A DNA stretch of 64,000 bases, from the IMG/VR virus record IMGVR_UViG_3300047382_000771, positions 136,095-200,094 of that record; one strand, given 5' to 3'. Shown here piece after piece: positions 48,194-56,290 of the stretch (positions are counted from its first letter, which is position 1; each line of letters starts with the position of its first letter). The DNA is from a virus. Its lineage: Duplodnaviria; Caudoviricetes. The translations under genes were made by a program, and so were the position numbers. Under the pieces are notes generated by a model. It ran no database searches and was not told the origin of the DNA. It saw only the letters and a program-made list of their open reading frames with translations.

Positions 48194-48538
48194 TTAGTGA
48201 GAGTCAACAAGTTTTTGATTAAAGTCTGCCCGTATTGCTACAAGCAAATCTTCGTGAGCTTTGCCGTCCATCTCAAATTGATGCATAAGAGAAGTAATTC
48301 TGTGTGGCTCTTGCCAACCTAGCACATCATCAGAGACAGATAAAGGAACCCAACTTCCGTCGGGATTAAATACTGCAACTTCAAAAGTATCGGGATAACG
48401 ACCATAAAATGGCTCAAATGCTCCCTCATTTTTACCCGCAATAACTGAAAAAGAATATCCGTTGTCAAGTGTGAGCGATGCCATCCATCTTCTCATGGAT
48501 TCATCGTAAGTGAATTTTAAATCATCGAATGTTTTCAT
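48194..48538 (-). CDS. Early hypothetical protein
   Basis: 114 aa (NGYSFSVI...YG...FEVAVF...DDVLGW). Confidence 0.75.
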   Translation of the reverse strand: MKTFDDLKFTYDESMRRWMASLTLDNGYSFSVIAGKNEGAFEPFYGRYPDTFEVAVFNPDGSWVPLSVSDDVLGWQEPHRITSLMHQFEMDGKAHEDLLVAIRADFNQKLVDSH

Positions 48539-48574
48539 ATAATAATATATATACTATTGGTTATTGTCTGTCAA

Positions 48575-48781
48575 CTAAAACTTTAGCGCTTGAATGGAAG
48601 TATTCTCTCTGCACCATTTTCTTAATGGATGATGAGCCTTTGGACTCAAGTGAGTCAAATACTGCTTCCCATTAGTTGCCATAAGCATATAGCCTTTGGC
48701 GGTTGCGCGGATGTCTTTGATTTCTGGACATTTACGCAATTGCTTTAGTATCTTTAAGTTTCCGCTATCTCTGTGTTTCAT
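48575..48781 (-). CDS. Early basic hypothetical protein
   Basis: 68 aa; TTGCTG-17-TAATGT-6-ATG. Confidence 0.7.
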   Translation of the reverse strand: MKHRDSGNLKILKQLRKCPEIKDIRATAKGYMLMATNGKQYLTHLSPKAHHPLRKWCRENTSIQALKF

Positions 48782-48847
48782 ACTACTACATTAAGACGGA
48801 TAGCAAGTGACAGCAAGAAAAAAAGTGTTTTTTTTTACTTAGCTACA

Positions 48848-48914
48848 TAAGTCGTTGGTTATCAAGCATTTATGCGGGGCGGCCCGCCGTAAGTCGTTGA
48901 ATATCAACAACTTA
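48848..48914. repeat. Double-palindrome element, copy 7
   Basis: TAAGTCGTTGGTTATCAAGCATTTA + TGCGGGGCGGCCCGCCG + TAAGTCGTTGAATATCAACAACTTA. Confidence 0.95.
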
Positions 48915-48932
48915 TGAAATAAATCAGCCCAC

Positions 48933-48960
48933 AAAAAAGCCCCTCCGTTTGGAGGGGCTT
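48933..48960 (-). terminator. Rho-independent terminator after the DUF932-like gene
   Basis: Minus strand reads AAGCCCCTCC-AAAC-GGAGGGGCTT-TTTT. Confidence 0.85.
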
Positions 48961-48982
48961 TCTATATTTGTCAAGCTTTTAT

Positions 48983-49846
48983 TTAAGCTTCGACTAATTC
49001 ACCTTCAACTACCTCCATATCGAGAACATTTTCGACATGGTTTTTAATATCAAAGTTGACCTCGCCATCAAGAACGGAGTGCAAGGCATCCGAGCGATTA
49101 GGTAAGGCAACTAAGTTTCCTTTATACACCTCAGTAAAAGCATTGTAAAGAGAATTTACATTGCGATCCCAAAATTCGGGGTGATCGGAAGACTCCCATT
49201 GATTGACAACATCCATGATTTTAGACTTAGGCAAAGCACCTGCCTTGCAAGCCCTAATCACAAGATCGTTAGCATGGGAATTTGAAAGATCAAAATCTTT
49301 ATAGGCATTGATGCGATTGTCTTGACCATTCCAAAAGCCAAACAATTTGCCCAATGCACGATTGATAGTAAAATCAAGATCTTGCAAAATGTTGCGAGTG
49401 TGGCGACGCGCTAATTTAATAGTATTGGTAAAAATAAGATTATCGCACACAAAGGGAGCATCACCTGCACACAATCCCGCAGGAAATGTTTTGTCGTGAG
49501 AGTTGCGAAGACCAACTACACAACCACGATCACTAGCCTTACGATTAGGGTGATCGACTGAAAATAAACCAAAATAGTGGTTATCGTTGCGAGCAAGAGA
49601 GTGAACCTCATCTTGAATGGTGAAGCCATTGGTTTCCAAAAAACCTTTGGTGCGATGCACTAATGCCTCATGGGCGATAGGCTGATAAGAGACGGCTCTT
49701 TCGCCATTGGCATTTTCTTTCTTGCGATACTCTACGGGCGGAGTAGGAACCCCGACTACTTGATCGAAATCTACAAGAGTACGATTGCCTCCGCAGATAT
49801 GAAGATTAACTTTGGGTGAGTTGTTGGTATTTTCTGTAGTATTCAT
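48983..49846 (-). CDS. DUF932-like protein
   Basis: YQPIAHEALV...YFGLF...GLRNSHDKTFPAGLCAG..PFVCDNL. Confidence 0.7.
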   Translation of the reverse strand: MNTTENTNNSPKVNLHICGGNRTLVDFDQVVGVPTPPVEYRKKENANGERAVSYQPIAHEALVHRTKGFLETNGFTIQDEVHSLARNDNHYFGLFSVDHPNRKASDRGCVVGLRNSHDKTFPAGLCAGDAPFVCDNLIFTNTIKLARRHTRNILQDLDFTINRALGKLFGFWNGQDNRINAYKDFDLSNSHANDLVIRACKAGALPKSKIMDVVNQWESSDHPEFWDRNVNSLYNAFTEVYKGNLVALPNRSDALHSVLDGEVNFDIKNHVENVLDMEVVEGELVEA

Positions 49847-49884
49847 AATAGTGATAATATAGTAGTGATTGTTTTTGTCAATAG

Positions 49885-50118
49885 TTAATTTTTATAAACT
49901 TGAGATAGTTGATCGTAGGCATAAGCTTTTTCAGCGATACTACCGAATACCTCTTTTAATAAAGAGTAGCCTAGTAAATCCCTAGCATCTAAATCTGCCT
50001 TGTCAATAATATTGACTTCTAATAATTCAGTCGCTGTATCCATTGCTTGTATGGAATCTAAATTACTAAAGTCGATTTCTGTGTCGCCTTCGTTGTGTGA
50101 GTTAGGTATATAATACAT
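49885..50118 (-). CDS. Early acidic hypothetical protein
   Basis: 77-aa ORF. Confidence 0.6.
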   Translation of the reverse strand: MYYIPNSHNEGDTEIDFSNLDSIQAMDTATELLEVNIIDKADLDARDLLGYSLLKEVFGSIAEKAYAYDQLSQVYKN

Positions 50119-50227
50119 AATTTTTCTTGTGTTTAACTTTGCGGTCTAAGACTTTGTTTCTCATTTTGAATGCTCTTGCCTTAGTGAAAAGGATTGGCTT
50201 TCTTACTTTTACTTCTCTTGCTTTCAT
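50102..50227 (-). CDS. Small basic peptide (41 aa)
   Basis: Start re-assigned to MKAREV; TTGCTA-17-TACTAT-6-ATG. Confidence 0.6.
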   Translation of the reverse strand: MKAREVKVRKPILFTKARAFKMRNKVLDRKVKHKKNYVLYT

Positions 50228-50293
50228 ATAAGTATAGTAAGCTATAAAAGTAATTATAGCAAGAAAAAAGTTAAGTAAATTGGCATTTTGTTG

Positions 50294-50360
50294 TAAGTCG
50301 TTGAATATCAACGAGTTGCGCGGGGCAGGCCGACCTAACCCCTTGATAACCAAGGAGTTA
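50294..50360. repeat. Double-palindrome element, copy 8 (most diverged)
   Basis: TAAGTCGTTGAATATCAACGAGTTG + CGCGGGGCAGGCCGACC + TAACCCCTTGATAACCAAGGAGTTA. Confidence 0.9.
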
Positions 50361-50377
50361 GGCCTTTTAACTACTAA

Positions 50378-50548
50378 CTAAGCTGTAATGTGGCGAGTTC
50401 TTTTCTCCGCCCTATAGAGTTGATATAATAAATCCTGGTGGGACCTTTTTAAGGTGAAGTACTCGGGGGTGTTTTCCCCGTATATTTCTCTGACCGCTAA
50501 TTGGTACCCAAGTTTACGAATGTTTTCTCTGAGAGTTTTAATTTGCAT
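50378..50548 (-). CDS. Small hypothetical protein (56 aa; below the ORF-track cutoff)
   Basis: My translation: MQIKTLRENIRKLGYQLAVREIYGENTPEYF...RHITA. Confidence 0.55.
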   Translation of the reverse strand: MQIKTLRENIRKLGYQLAVREIYGENTPEYFTLKRSHQDLLYQLYRAEKRTRHITA

Positions 50549-50553
50549 TTTTT

Positions 50554-50787
50554 TTATCCTTTGTTAAGTGAGATTATACGATCATAACGAAAGGAGCGAA
50601 CAGCTCCCCTGTTGAAGCAGTAGCTCCTGAAGCCCGCAACAGCGAGACCTTCTTTGACATTACCGAACTCATTTTTGTGTTTCGGCTTTGTGATAGTGTA
50701 CATCTGCGTTTTACCGTCTTTAGTATTGTAAACAACACTGTATACGGGGAGTAATAACTTAAGCAACTTCAATAACATTTTCTTCAT
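50554..50787 (-). CDS. Early hypothetical protein
   Basis: 77-aa ORF ending RSFRYDRIISL (WYL-like ending, unverified). Confidence 0.6.
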   Translation of the reverse strand: MKKMLLKLLKLLLPVYSVVYNTKDGKTQMYTITKPKHKNEFGNVKEGLAVAGFRSYCFNRGAVRSFRYDRIISLNKG

Positions 50788-51013
50788 GTTGATCCTTTCT
50801 TACGGGGTTTAAGTTGTAGTGATTGTAAGCATCAGTCACTTCCTGTGCTGATTCGAAACTTACAGAAATTAAATCTCTCTCTTGGCTTGGATGCCATGGT
50901 GTCTCTGATTCCTCAAAGAATAGTAACCAAAGTTCTGATTCCTCGTCCCATTCGGGCAAACCCAAAGGCTTCCCGATACAAGTTGCTTCTATGTAATTGT
51001 TCATGATTATCAT
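50759..51013 (-). CDS. Early acidic hypothetical protein
   Basis: 84-aa ORF with TTGACA just upstream. Confidence 0.6.
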   Translation of the reverse strand: MIIMNNYIEATCIGKPLGLPEWDEESELWLLFFEESETPWHPSQERDLISVSFESAQEVTDAYNHYNLNPVRKDQHEENVIEVA

Positions 51014-51048
51014 AATGTACTACTTAGTTGTTGGTGTCAACTCCTTAA

Positions 51049-51270
51049 TTAACAAGGAATTGGTGAATCTTCTTCTGTTTCAATGGTAATGCAAAAGTGG
51101 CTTGCGAGCTCCTTGATCATTACATCATTATTGAAATAATTATAAGCAAAAGTTAAAAGTTGCTCTTGCTCTTCCCCTGTATGGCCGTCTCTGAGTTCGT
51201 CATATATCTCAAAGATATTCATATTCCAATTCCATCCCTCTACTCTTGATTCTATCTGTGATTTTGTCAT
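51049..51270 (-). CDS. Early acidic hypothetical protein
   Basis: 73-aa ORF; AAGGAA upstream. Confidence 0.6.
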   Translation of the reverse strand: MTKSQIESRVEGWNWNMNIFEIYDELRDGHTGEEQEQLLTFAYNYFNNDVMIKELASHFCITIETEEDSPIPC

Positions 51271-51283
51271 AATGTTCCTTGTG

Positions 51284-51517
51284 TTATAGTTGTGCTGATT
51301 GAAAAGATGATTCTATCCTAATCTCGTTTTGTAGTGATGTCAAACTCAAAATGATATCTTCCAAGGTTTCTTCGGCAGACATTATAGTCGCACCAAGTGG
51401 AAACTTTTCAGGATGACGCTCGTGTTGTTGAAGACATACCTTGGACATTGGATCTGCCCACGCAAGTTCTCCTCGAACTATGTTTAAGATTTCTTCTCTA
51501 ATTTTACTTTGCGTCAT
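51284..51517 (-). CDS. Early hypothetical protein
   Basis: 77-aa ORF. Confidence 0.6.
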   Translation of the reverse strand: MTQSKIREEILNIVRGELAWADPMSKVCLQQHERHPEKFPLGATIMSAEETLEDIILSLTSLQNEIRIESSFQSAQL

Positions 51518-51677
51518 TTTTTGCCCTTTCGTTTAGATTGTCCGCTATCTTTGCAAGACGAAGAATTTCCGCTTGAACAAACTTTTTAGCTTGTGGTTCT
51601 GCTTTTGGGTTCTTCAGCACCTCGATCATTGGAAGAATGAGCGCTGACCATTTAGGTGTTACATCAATCGTTTTCAT
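51504..51677 (-). CDS. Small hypothetical protein (57 aa; below the ORF-track cutoff)
   Basis: My translation: MKTIDVTPKWSALILPMIEVLKNP...; TTGACA-17-CATACT-7-ATG. Confidence 0.55.
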   Translation of the reverse strand: MKTIDVTPKWSALILPMIEVLKNPKAEPQAKKFVQAEILRLAKIADNLNERAKNDAK

Positions 51678-51818
51678 GTTTTACAGTATGCTTTAATTCT
51701 TGGATGGTGTCAAATATAATTTTATGAATTTCATCAGTAAATTCGATTGGAGCACCCGCGTCTGATAAGTAATCACGAACTCTATCTTGAAGTTTTACTT
51801 GTAATTTGTGTATTGGAT

Positions 51819-52025
51819 TCATCTGTGCAAAGCTACCCTCACTTCATTCTCATGTTTTTTTTGTTCAACTAAATCTTTTAAGTCAAAGCTAATACTGCAG
51901 AGAGTACTACTGATATTCTCCATCACCTTGACGAGATCCCCCATGTTTGCGTGTCTACGATTTTCTAACATCTCGTCAGCGACTCCGTCAATGGCGGTTT
52001 TAATTGCATATAATTCTTCTTTCAT
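51819..52025 (-). CDS. Early hypothetical protein
   Basis: 68-aa ORF in a tightly packed run. Confidence 0.55.
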   Translation of the reverse strand: MKEELYAIKTAIDGVADEMLENRRHANMGDLVKVMENISSTLCSISFDLKDLVEQKKHENEVRVALHR

Positions 52026-52223
52026 TTAGCTATACTTTACTCCTTCTAATTCTGATTGCAACCATAAAATGGCTTTTTGTCTGATGTCACAGTGTGAGAC
52101 TTCAGTAAATACATTGTCATTGACTCGAAGATAAAGATCGTTTCCGTTCTTTTTTTCTGTCTCTAAGTCGTTTGCTTCATACCACTTTTGGGCATAATCT
52201 ATCATTCTTTGTTCGTGGCTCAT
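52026..52223 (-). CDS. Early hypothetical protein
   Basis: 65-aa ORF in a tightly packed run. Confidence 0.55.
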   Translation of the reverse strand: MSHEQRMIDYAQKWYEANDLETEKKNGNDLYLRVNDNVFTEVSHCDIRQKAILWLQSELEGVKYS

Positions 52224-52346
52224 TTTAATCCTCGCTGTTTATGAAAGCATTGTATAATTTTATTAAATCTGCATCAGATCCATGCTCAATGATGCTCATT
52301 AGATAATCAACTATGTCTGATTGTGATAAGTTTTGTGTTTCTTTAC

Positions 52347-52748
52347 TCATGGTATGTAGGCGGTTACTTGGTTGTGTGATAATAAAACTTCATCTGCGTA
52401 GTATACAAACTTTTCGGTGTTCTTGTCAACAAAAGTCTCATACTTGTATGGATTATATGTTACCTGGGTAGCGGGTCTGTCGGTGTTTACATTCTCAGCA
52501 TCCTGAAGGTAACCCTTGACAAATGCGTGAACATTCTTCTTCTTTTCACGAAGAACTTTTTCTCTACCCTTGATATCAACATGAAAGTAGCAATCCCACA
52601 AACCAATAGAATGATCCTTTGGGATGTGAGCCTTAACTAACCCGTGTTGCTTGACTGACCAGCAGTCCTTGTGGAGATTCTTGTATACATAAACAGGTCG
52701 ATTGGACTTGAGAATGTATCTTGGGTCTTGTTGGTTTCTCTTAATCAT
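52347..52748 (-). CDS. Conserved-looking phage hypothetical protein
   Basis: VYKNLHKDCWSV...GREKVLREKKKNVHAFVKG...VTYNPYKY; TTGCGT-17-TATTGT-6-ATG. Confidence 0.75.
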   Translation of the reverse strand: MIKRNQQDPRYILKSNRPVYVYKNLHKDCWSVKQHGLVKAHIPKDHSIGLWDCYFHVDIKGREKVLREKKKNVHAFVKGYLQDAENVNTDRPATQVTYNPYKYETFVDKNTEKFVYYADEVLLSHNQVTAYIP

Positions 52749-52814
52749 ATAACCACAATAGTCTACTTAGGCAGTTGACGCAAGAAAAAAGTGAAATTAA
52801 TTTCAATGTTGTCG

Positions 52815-52881
52815 TAAGTTGTTGTTTACCAAGCACTTACGCGGGGCGGCCCGCCATAACTCGTTGACTATCAAGCACTTA
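52815..52881. repeat. Double-palindrome element, copy 9
   Basis: TAAGTTGTTGTTTACCAAGCACTTA + CGCGGGGCGGCCCGCCA + TAACTCGTTGACTATCAAGCACTTA. Confidence 0.95.
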
Positions 52882-53071
52882 CGGAAGTCAAGTTTTTGAG
52901 CAAAAAAAATGACAACTAATTATTTAGCTGCCACTTATTTATAATATATTTATTTGTAATTGATTTGTAATATATGTATTTGTAATTTAATAATTTATTA
53001 TGTCTTATAGTTTTGTACTAGTATAAAAAACACTATAGCTGTAAAAGATAAAAACATTATTGCATCCACTG

Positions 53072-53362
53072 TTATCTAGCTCTTATTTTGTTTATAGCTA
53101 ACTTGATAAAATTTGGTGTTAAGTGGTGCTCTAACATGGAGTCTAATTCCCTAGAGGATAAGAATACTTCTCTGCAGTAGTCAGTATTGTCACTTTCTAC
53201 AGCTGCAATTCTTGCCGATGCTTTAGACGCAGCTATCTGCTCCCTAGGCATCCCGCCCCATTTAATAATAACGGGAAGATCGGGCAACTCTGCCGATAAA
53301 GCTTTTAATTGAACGGAGTCTATGTAACCCCAATTATCGATGATGTCTTTTAATATAGTCAT
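53072..53362 (-). CDS. Early hypothetical protein
   Basis: Start re-assigned to MTILKD; TTGCCT-17-TATATT-6-ATG. Confidence 0.65.
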   Translation of the reverse strand: MTILKDIIDNWGYIDSVQLKALSAELPDLPVIIKWGGMPREQIAASKASARIAAVESDNTDYCREVFLSSRELDSMLEHHLTPNFIKLAINKIRAR

Positions 53363-53410
53363 AAGAGTAATATAGATTAAGCCCCAGGAAGAGGCAAGAA
53401 AAAAATACAT

Positions 53411-53451
53411 AAAAAAAACCCCACTCGCCGAAAGGAAAACGAGTGGGGTTT
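53411..53451 (-). terminator. Strong hairpin terminator
   Basis: 12-bp perfect stem (53416-53427 / 53440-53451) followed on the minus strand by a T run. Confidence 0.8.
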
Positions 53452-53922
53452 AGGGATGGGGGACGTGAGCTTTCGCTCGAAATAGATGTGGGACAGGAAT
53501 ACTGAATACCTGCAACTTTCGGTGTGAACATCAGTTCATTGGTTATCCTACTTGTACTACAATTGAATTGGACATTCTACCTCAGACATTTGTCCATTGG
53601 CACTCCACCACAGAGAATCATATACCTTACCTCGCACACAAAGAGGTCTTCGGTCACCCACAGGGAGGATTATAAGCCCTCCCAAAGAGAATCACGAAGG
53701 AGAAACAAAACTGACAACTCTGCTTGGCGCCTTCTTTGCAGGGGTTCGTCAACCAATGTCATATCAAGTTTCTGCTTAGCGAGCAGTCTTCAATCAGTAC
53801 GGAGATGTAAGATTGTAAGTACTGAAGCTAAAACTTCGTAAAATTATTTAAAATGTAAAAGATCGAAAAGTCTGGGGTTATTTTATTTGATTGAGTTACC
53901 CCTTCTCAATTATGGAGAATAT
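53411..53922 (-). ncRNA. Candidate large structured non-coding RNA (about 510 nt)
   Basis: TTGACA-17-TACTAT promoter (53957-53929) with ATA rather than ATG at +1. Many local hairpins, one long-range helix, and a terminator at the 3' end. Confidence 0.55.
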
Positions 53923-54188
53923 ATTAGTATAGTACTATATATGCCCCAATTTGTCAACTATTTTTTTGAATATAGATGACTTTTTTCCAACGGATCATCA
54001 CATAGAAAGCAAGGTCCATGACCTGCCTTTGGGCAAGAATGGCTGAAGTCAGGCTCTTCTTGCAAGCAATGATTACATCCTGCAGACAATAACACAGATA
54101 ATAGAATAAAATATTTCATTGAATTATAATTATAGTTTATAGATTTGTAAATGTATTATATAATTACTAGTATGTTTATCAAGATAAA

Positions 54189-54386
54189 TTATGCAACCCC
54201 CTTGGCTAGACGCAACGCCCTTTGGGCTTGAATTTCTTTTAACCTGCGATCTGCCTCCATCTGTTGGGCTAATATGCCCTCCGTTTTAGCATTGTAACCT
54301 GCGAACCTAGAATTAAAAGCATGAGGGTTTTGTCCTTTTACTTTACTTAATACTTCTGATGCTCTTGCACATTTTGCTACGTTCAT
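54189..54386 (-). CDS. Hypothetical protein
   Basis: 65-aa ORF; AAGGAA upstream. Confidence 0.55.
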   Translation of the reverse strand: MNVAKCARASEVLSKVKGQNPHAFNSRFAGYNAKTEGILAQQMEADRRLKEIQAQRALRLAKGVA

Positions 54387-54450
54387 TTTATTCCTTTCGT
54401 TAGTGATTGTTTTGGTTATAGAGTTACTATATAAGATTTAAAAATTAAAG

Positions 54451-54702
54451 TCAAGCCCCTTTTTGCAATAATCTGCATTCTCTTAAAATTTGTTTTAATT
54501 TAAAAAATGCTTGGTCGGGCGGAAACAACTTAGCGTTAGCTTCGGAAGTAGTAGCACGATACAAATCTTCTACGAACTCTTCTGCTTTAACCAAATTAAT
54601 TAAAGTAATTTCTTTTGAAGTTAATTTGTCGTACATCTCTTCTTTAGAGGCGAATAGACCTATGTTTTTAATTCCTTGTTGTTCTGCTATATTTTTTATC
54701 AT
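54451..54702 (-). CDS. Hypothetical protein
   Basis: 83 aa; TTGACA-17-TAGTAT-6-ATG. Confidence 0.7.
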   Translation of the reverse strand: MIKNIAEQQGIKNIGLFASKEEMYDKLTSKEITLINLVKAEEFVEDLYRATTSEANAKLFPPDQAFFKLKQILRECRLLQKGA

Positions 54703-55099
54703 AAGGGGATACTAAGGGATATTCTGTGTTGTGTCAACTATCTTTTTGATATTAATTAAAATTTTGGGGCACGCTCGCATAAATTACTGATGAGCAAATA
54801 CTTGTGAATCAAATTGGAAACAAGCGGGGCAATAGGTCTTCCTCCATATGGGGTTGTCGGCGCGACAAAATGGACAAATTTTTCCTCCAATTATTTGAGA
54901 CTTCGGTGCGCAACTAGAAAGTAAGCAAGTTATTATTAAGTATTTTATAAAATTTTTCATTCAATTATTTATAATGCCAAACAAATCGAGTGTTCAATGA
55001 AGGCACAAAACCCCAGTAACAAAGGGTAAAACAACCTCGTCCGATAACATCTATCGACTCTATGCCTCGATTTATTATTTGGCAAAAATTTATTTACAA

Positions 55100-55405
55100 T
55101 TATTTGGGCTTATTCTGTTCCTGTTCTACTATTAATTGATCCTGTATTACATCATTCACATAGTATATGTTGTCGAATAACCCTTTGGCTCTCTTTCCAT
55201 TATTTGTAATTTTATTTAATTCAGTAAAAATTCTGTCCAACATATCATCCACTACCTTATTTGCCTCTTCTACATCCACCTTCTGCCCTGTCTTGATGTT
55301 TGTTATTTGGGCATCTGCGTTTATATTTTCGAGCATCCTGTTCATTTCTGACTTGATGGACAAGATTTCATCTAACTTGATATTAATTTCTTTTGCTAAA
55401 CTCAT
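55100..55405 (-). CDS. Hypothetical protein
   Basis: 101 aa; TTTACA-17-TATACT-9-ATG. Confidence 0.6.
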   Translation of the reverse strand: MSLAKEINIKLDEILSIKSEMNRMLENINADAQITNIKTGQKVDVEEANKVVDDMLDRIFTELNKITNNGKRAKGLFDNIYYVNDVIQDQLIVEQEQNKPK

Positions 55406-55571
55406 AATAGAAGCAGTATATTAAATTATTTGGCGTTTGTAAAGTATAAAATTTATTATTTATTGCCCCGATTATTGTATTAAAATTTTTATTTAATTAT
55501 TTGGGGCTTTCTATTTACAATTATATATTTATCTTATTTAAGTTATATTCAAAAAGTGGGCGGTTTTATTC

Positions 55572-55814
55572 TTATTTAAATTTTTTATGATTAAATGGGG
55601 GCAATAATAATATTAAATTATTTGGCTCATCTCTATTTATAGGCATAACATCCAAGAACGGATAGACTTCTTCTTTACTCAAGTCAGTCCAACATATGTC
55701 ATCCAAGACATGGGAGCAAGCCTTTGAGGGGTCAAGAAGACTACCTAGAATGTGTGCGTATCCACTCTCGATGCAATCTTCTACGTGCTTTATGCTTGCT
55801 TCTTGTAAATTCAT
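55572..55814 (-). CDS. Hypothetical protein
   Basis: 80 aa; TTGACT-17-TATTTT-6-ATG. Confidence 0.6.
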   Translation of the reverse strand: MNLQEASIKHVEDCIESGYAHILGSLLDPSKACSHVLDDICWTDLSKEEVYPFLDVMPINRDEPNNLILLLPPFNHKKFK

Positions 55815-56290
55815 AAAACTAAAATAAGTTATTATTTATTAAAAGTCAATACATAAAACTAAACAAATTTAAAGTAAAACAAAATCAATTAAAATTTATT
55901 AAAATTAACTCGGCTTGTTTTTATTATGTTTTTGACTTAGTTCAGTTGGAAAGCCAAATTTATTATACATAATATTATCTTCAGTTATTTCGGGCTTATT
56001 GTCTGATTTTTTTTGTTTAATTGCTTTGCTATCTTTGCCTTGCTTTATATTTAAGTATTTTTTTTTGCTAATTATATTCATTTAATTTGATAAAATATTT
56101 TAAAGAATTAAGTTCGCCACACCACTTCAACCCACTTCAACCCACAATACTCCATCAATAATCGGCTGAATCCCTTTATTTAAAGGCATTTTATTTAAAT
56201 TATAAAAAATAACATTCATCTTATATTAAGTATATTGTATTTATATTGATTAGTATATATGTATTGTATCAAATTATGTTACTAATTATA

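Noticed and set aside
43656-52881. The nine repeats as a CRISPR array
   Set aside because: Intervals run from about 360 to 2450 bp, are irregular and contain whole genes. The repeats vary in sequence and orientation, and no cas genes are present.
43656-52881. The repeats as ordinary rho-independent terminators
   Set aside because: There are no consistent U-tracts. Copy 7 lies downstream of a separate canonical terminator, and spacing is fixed to the next promoter rather than to the previous stop. A termination role is not fully excluded.
43656-52881. A classical integron
   Set aside because: No IntI or other tyrosine recombinase is in the window, the attC RYYYAAC/GTTRRRY ends are absent, and the genes carry their own promoters.
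53334-53841. ORFs 53334..53531 (-), 53524..53841 (+) and 53597..53779 (+) as real genes
   Set aside because: One crosses a strong terminator and overlaps the next promoter. The plus-strand ones lack promoters and oppose the local transcription direction. A structured RNA explains the region better.
54787-54821. Hammerhead ribozyme core (CTGATGAG ... GAAAC)
   Set aside because: Stem II cannot close (G rather than C precedes GAAA), and I found no convincing stems I and III.
56121-56143. Short tandem repeat CCACTTCAAC x2
   Set aside because: Only two units, with no supporting context.
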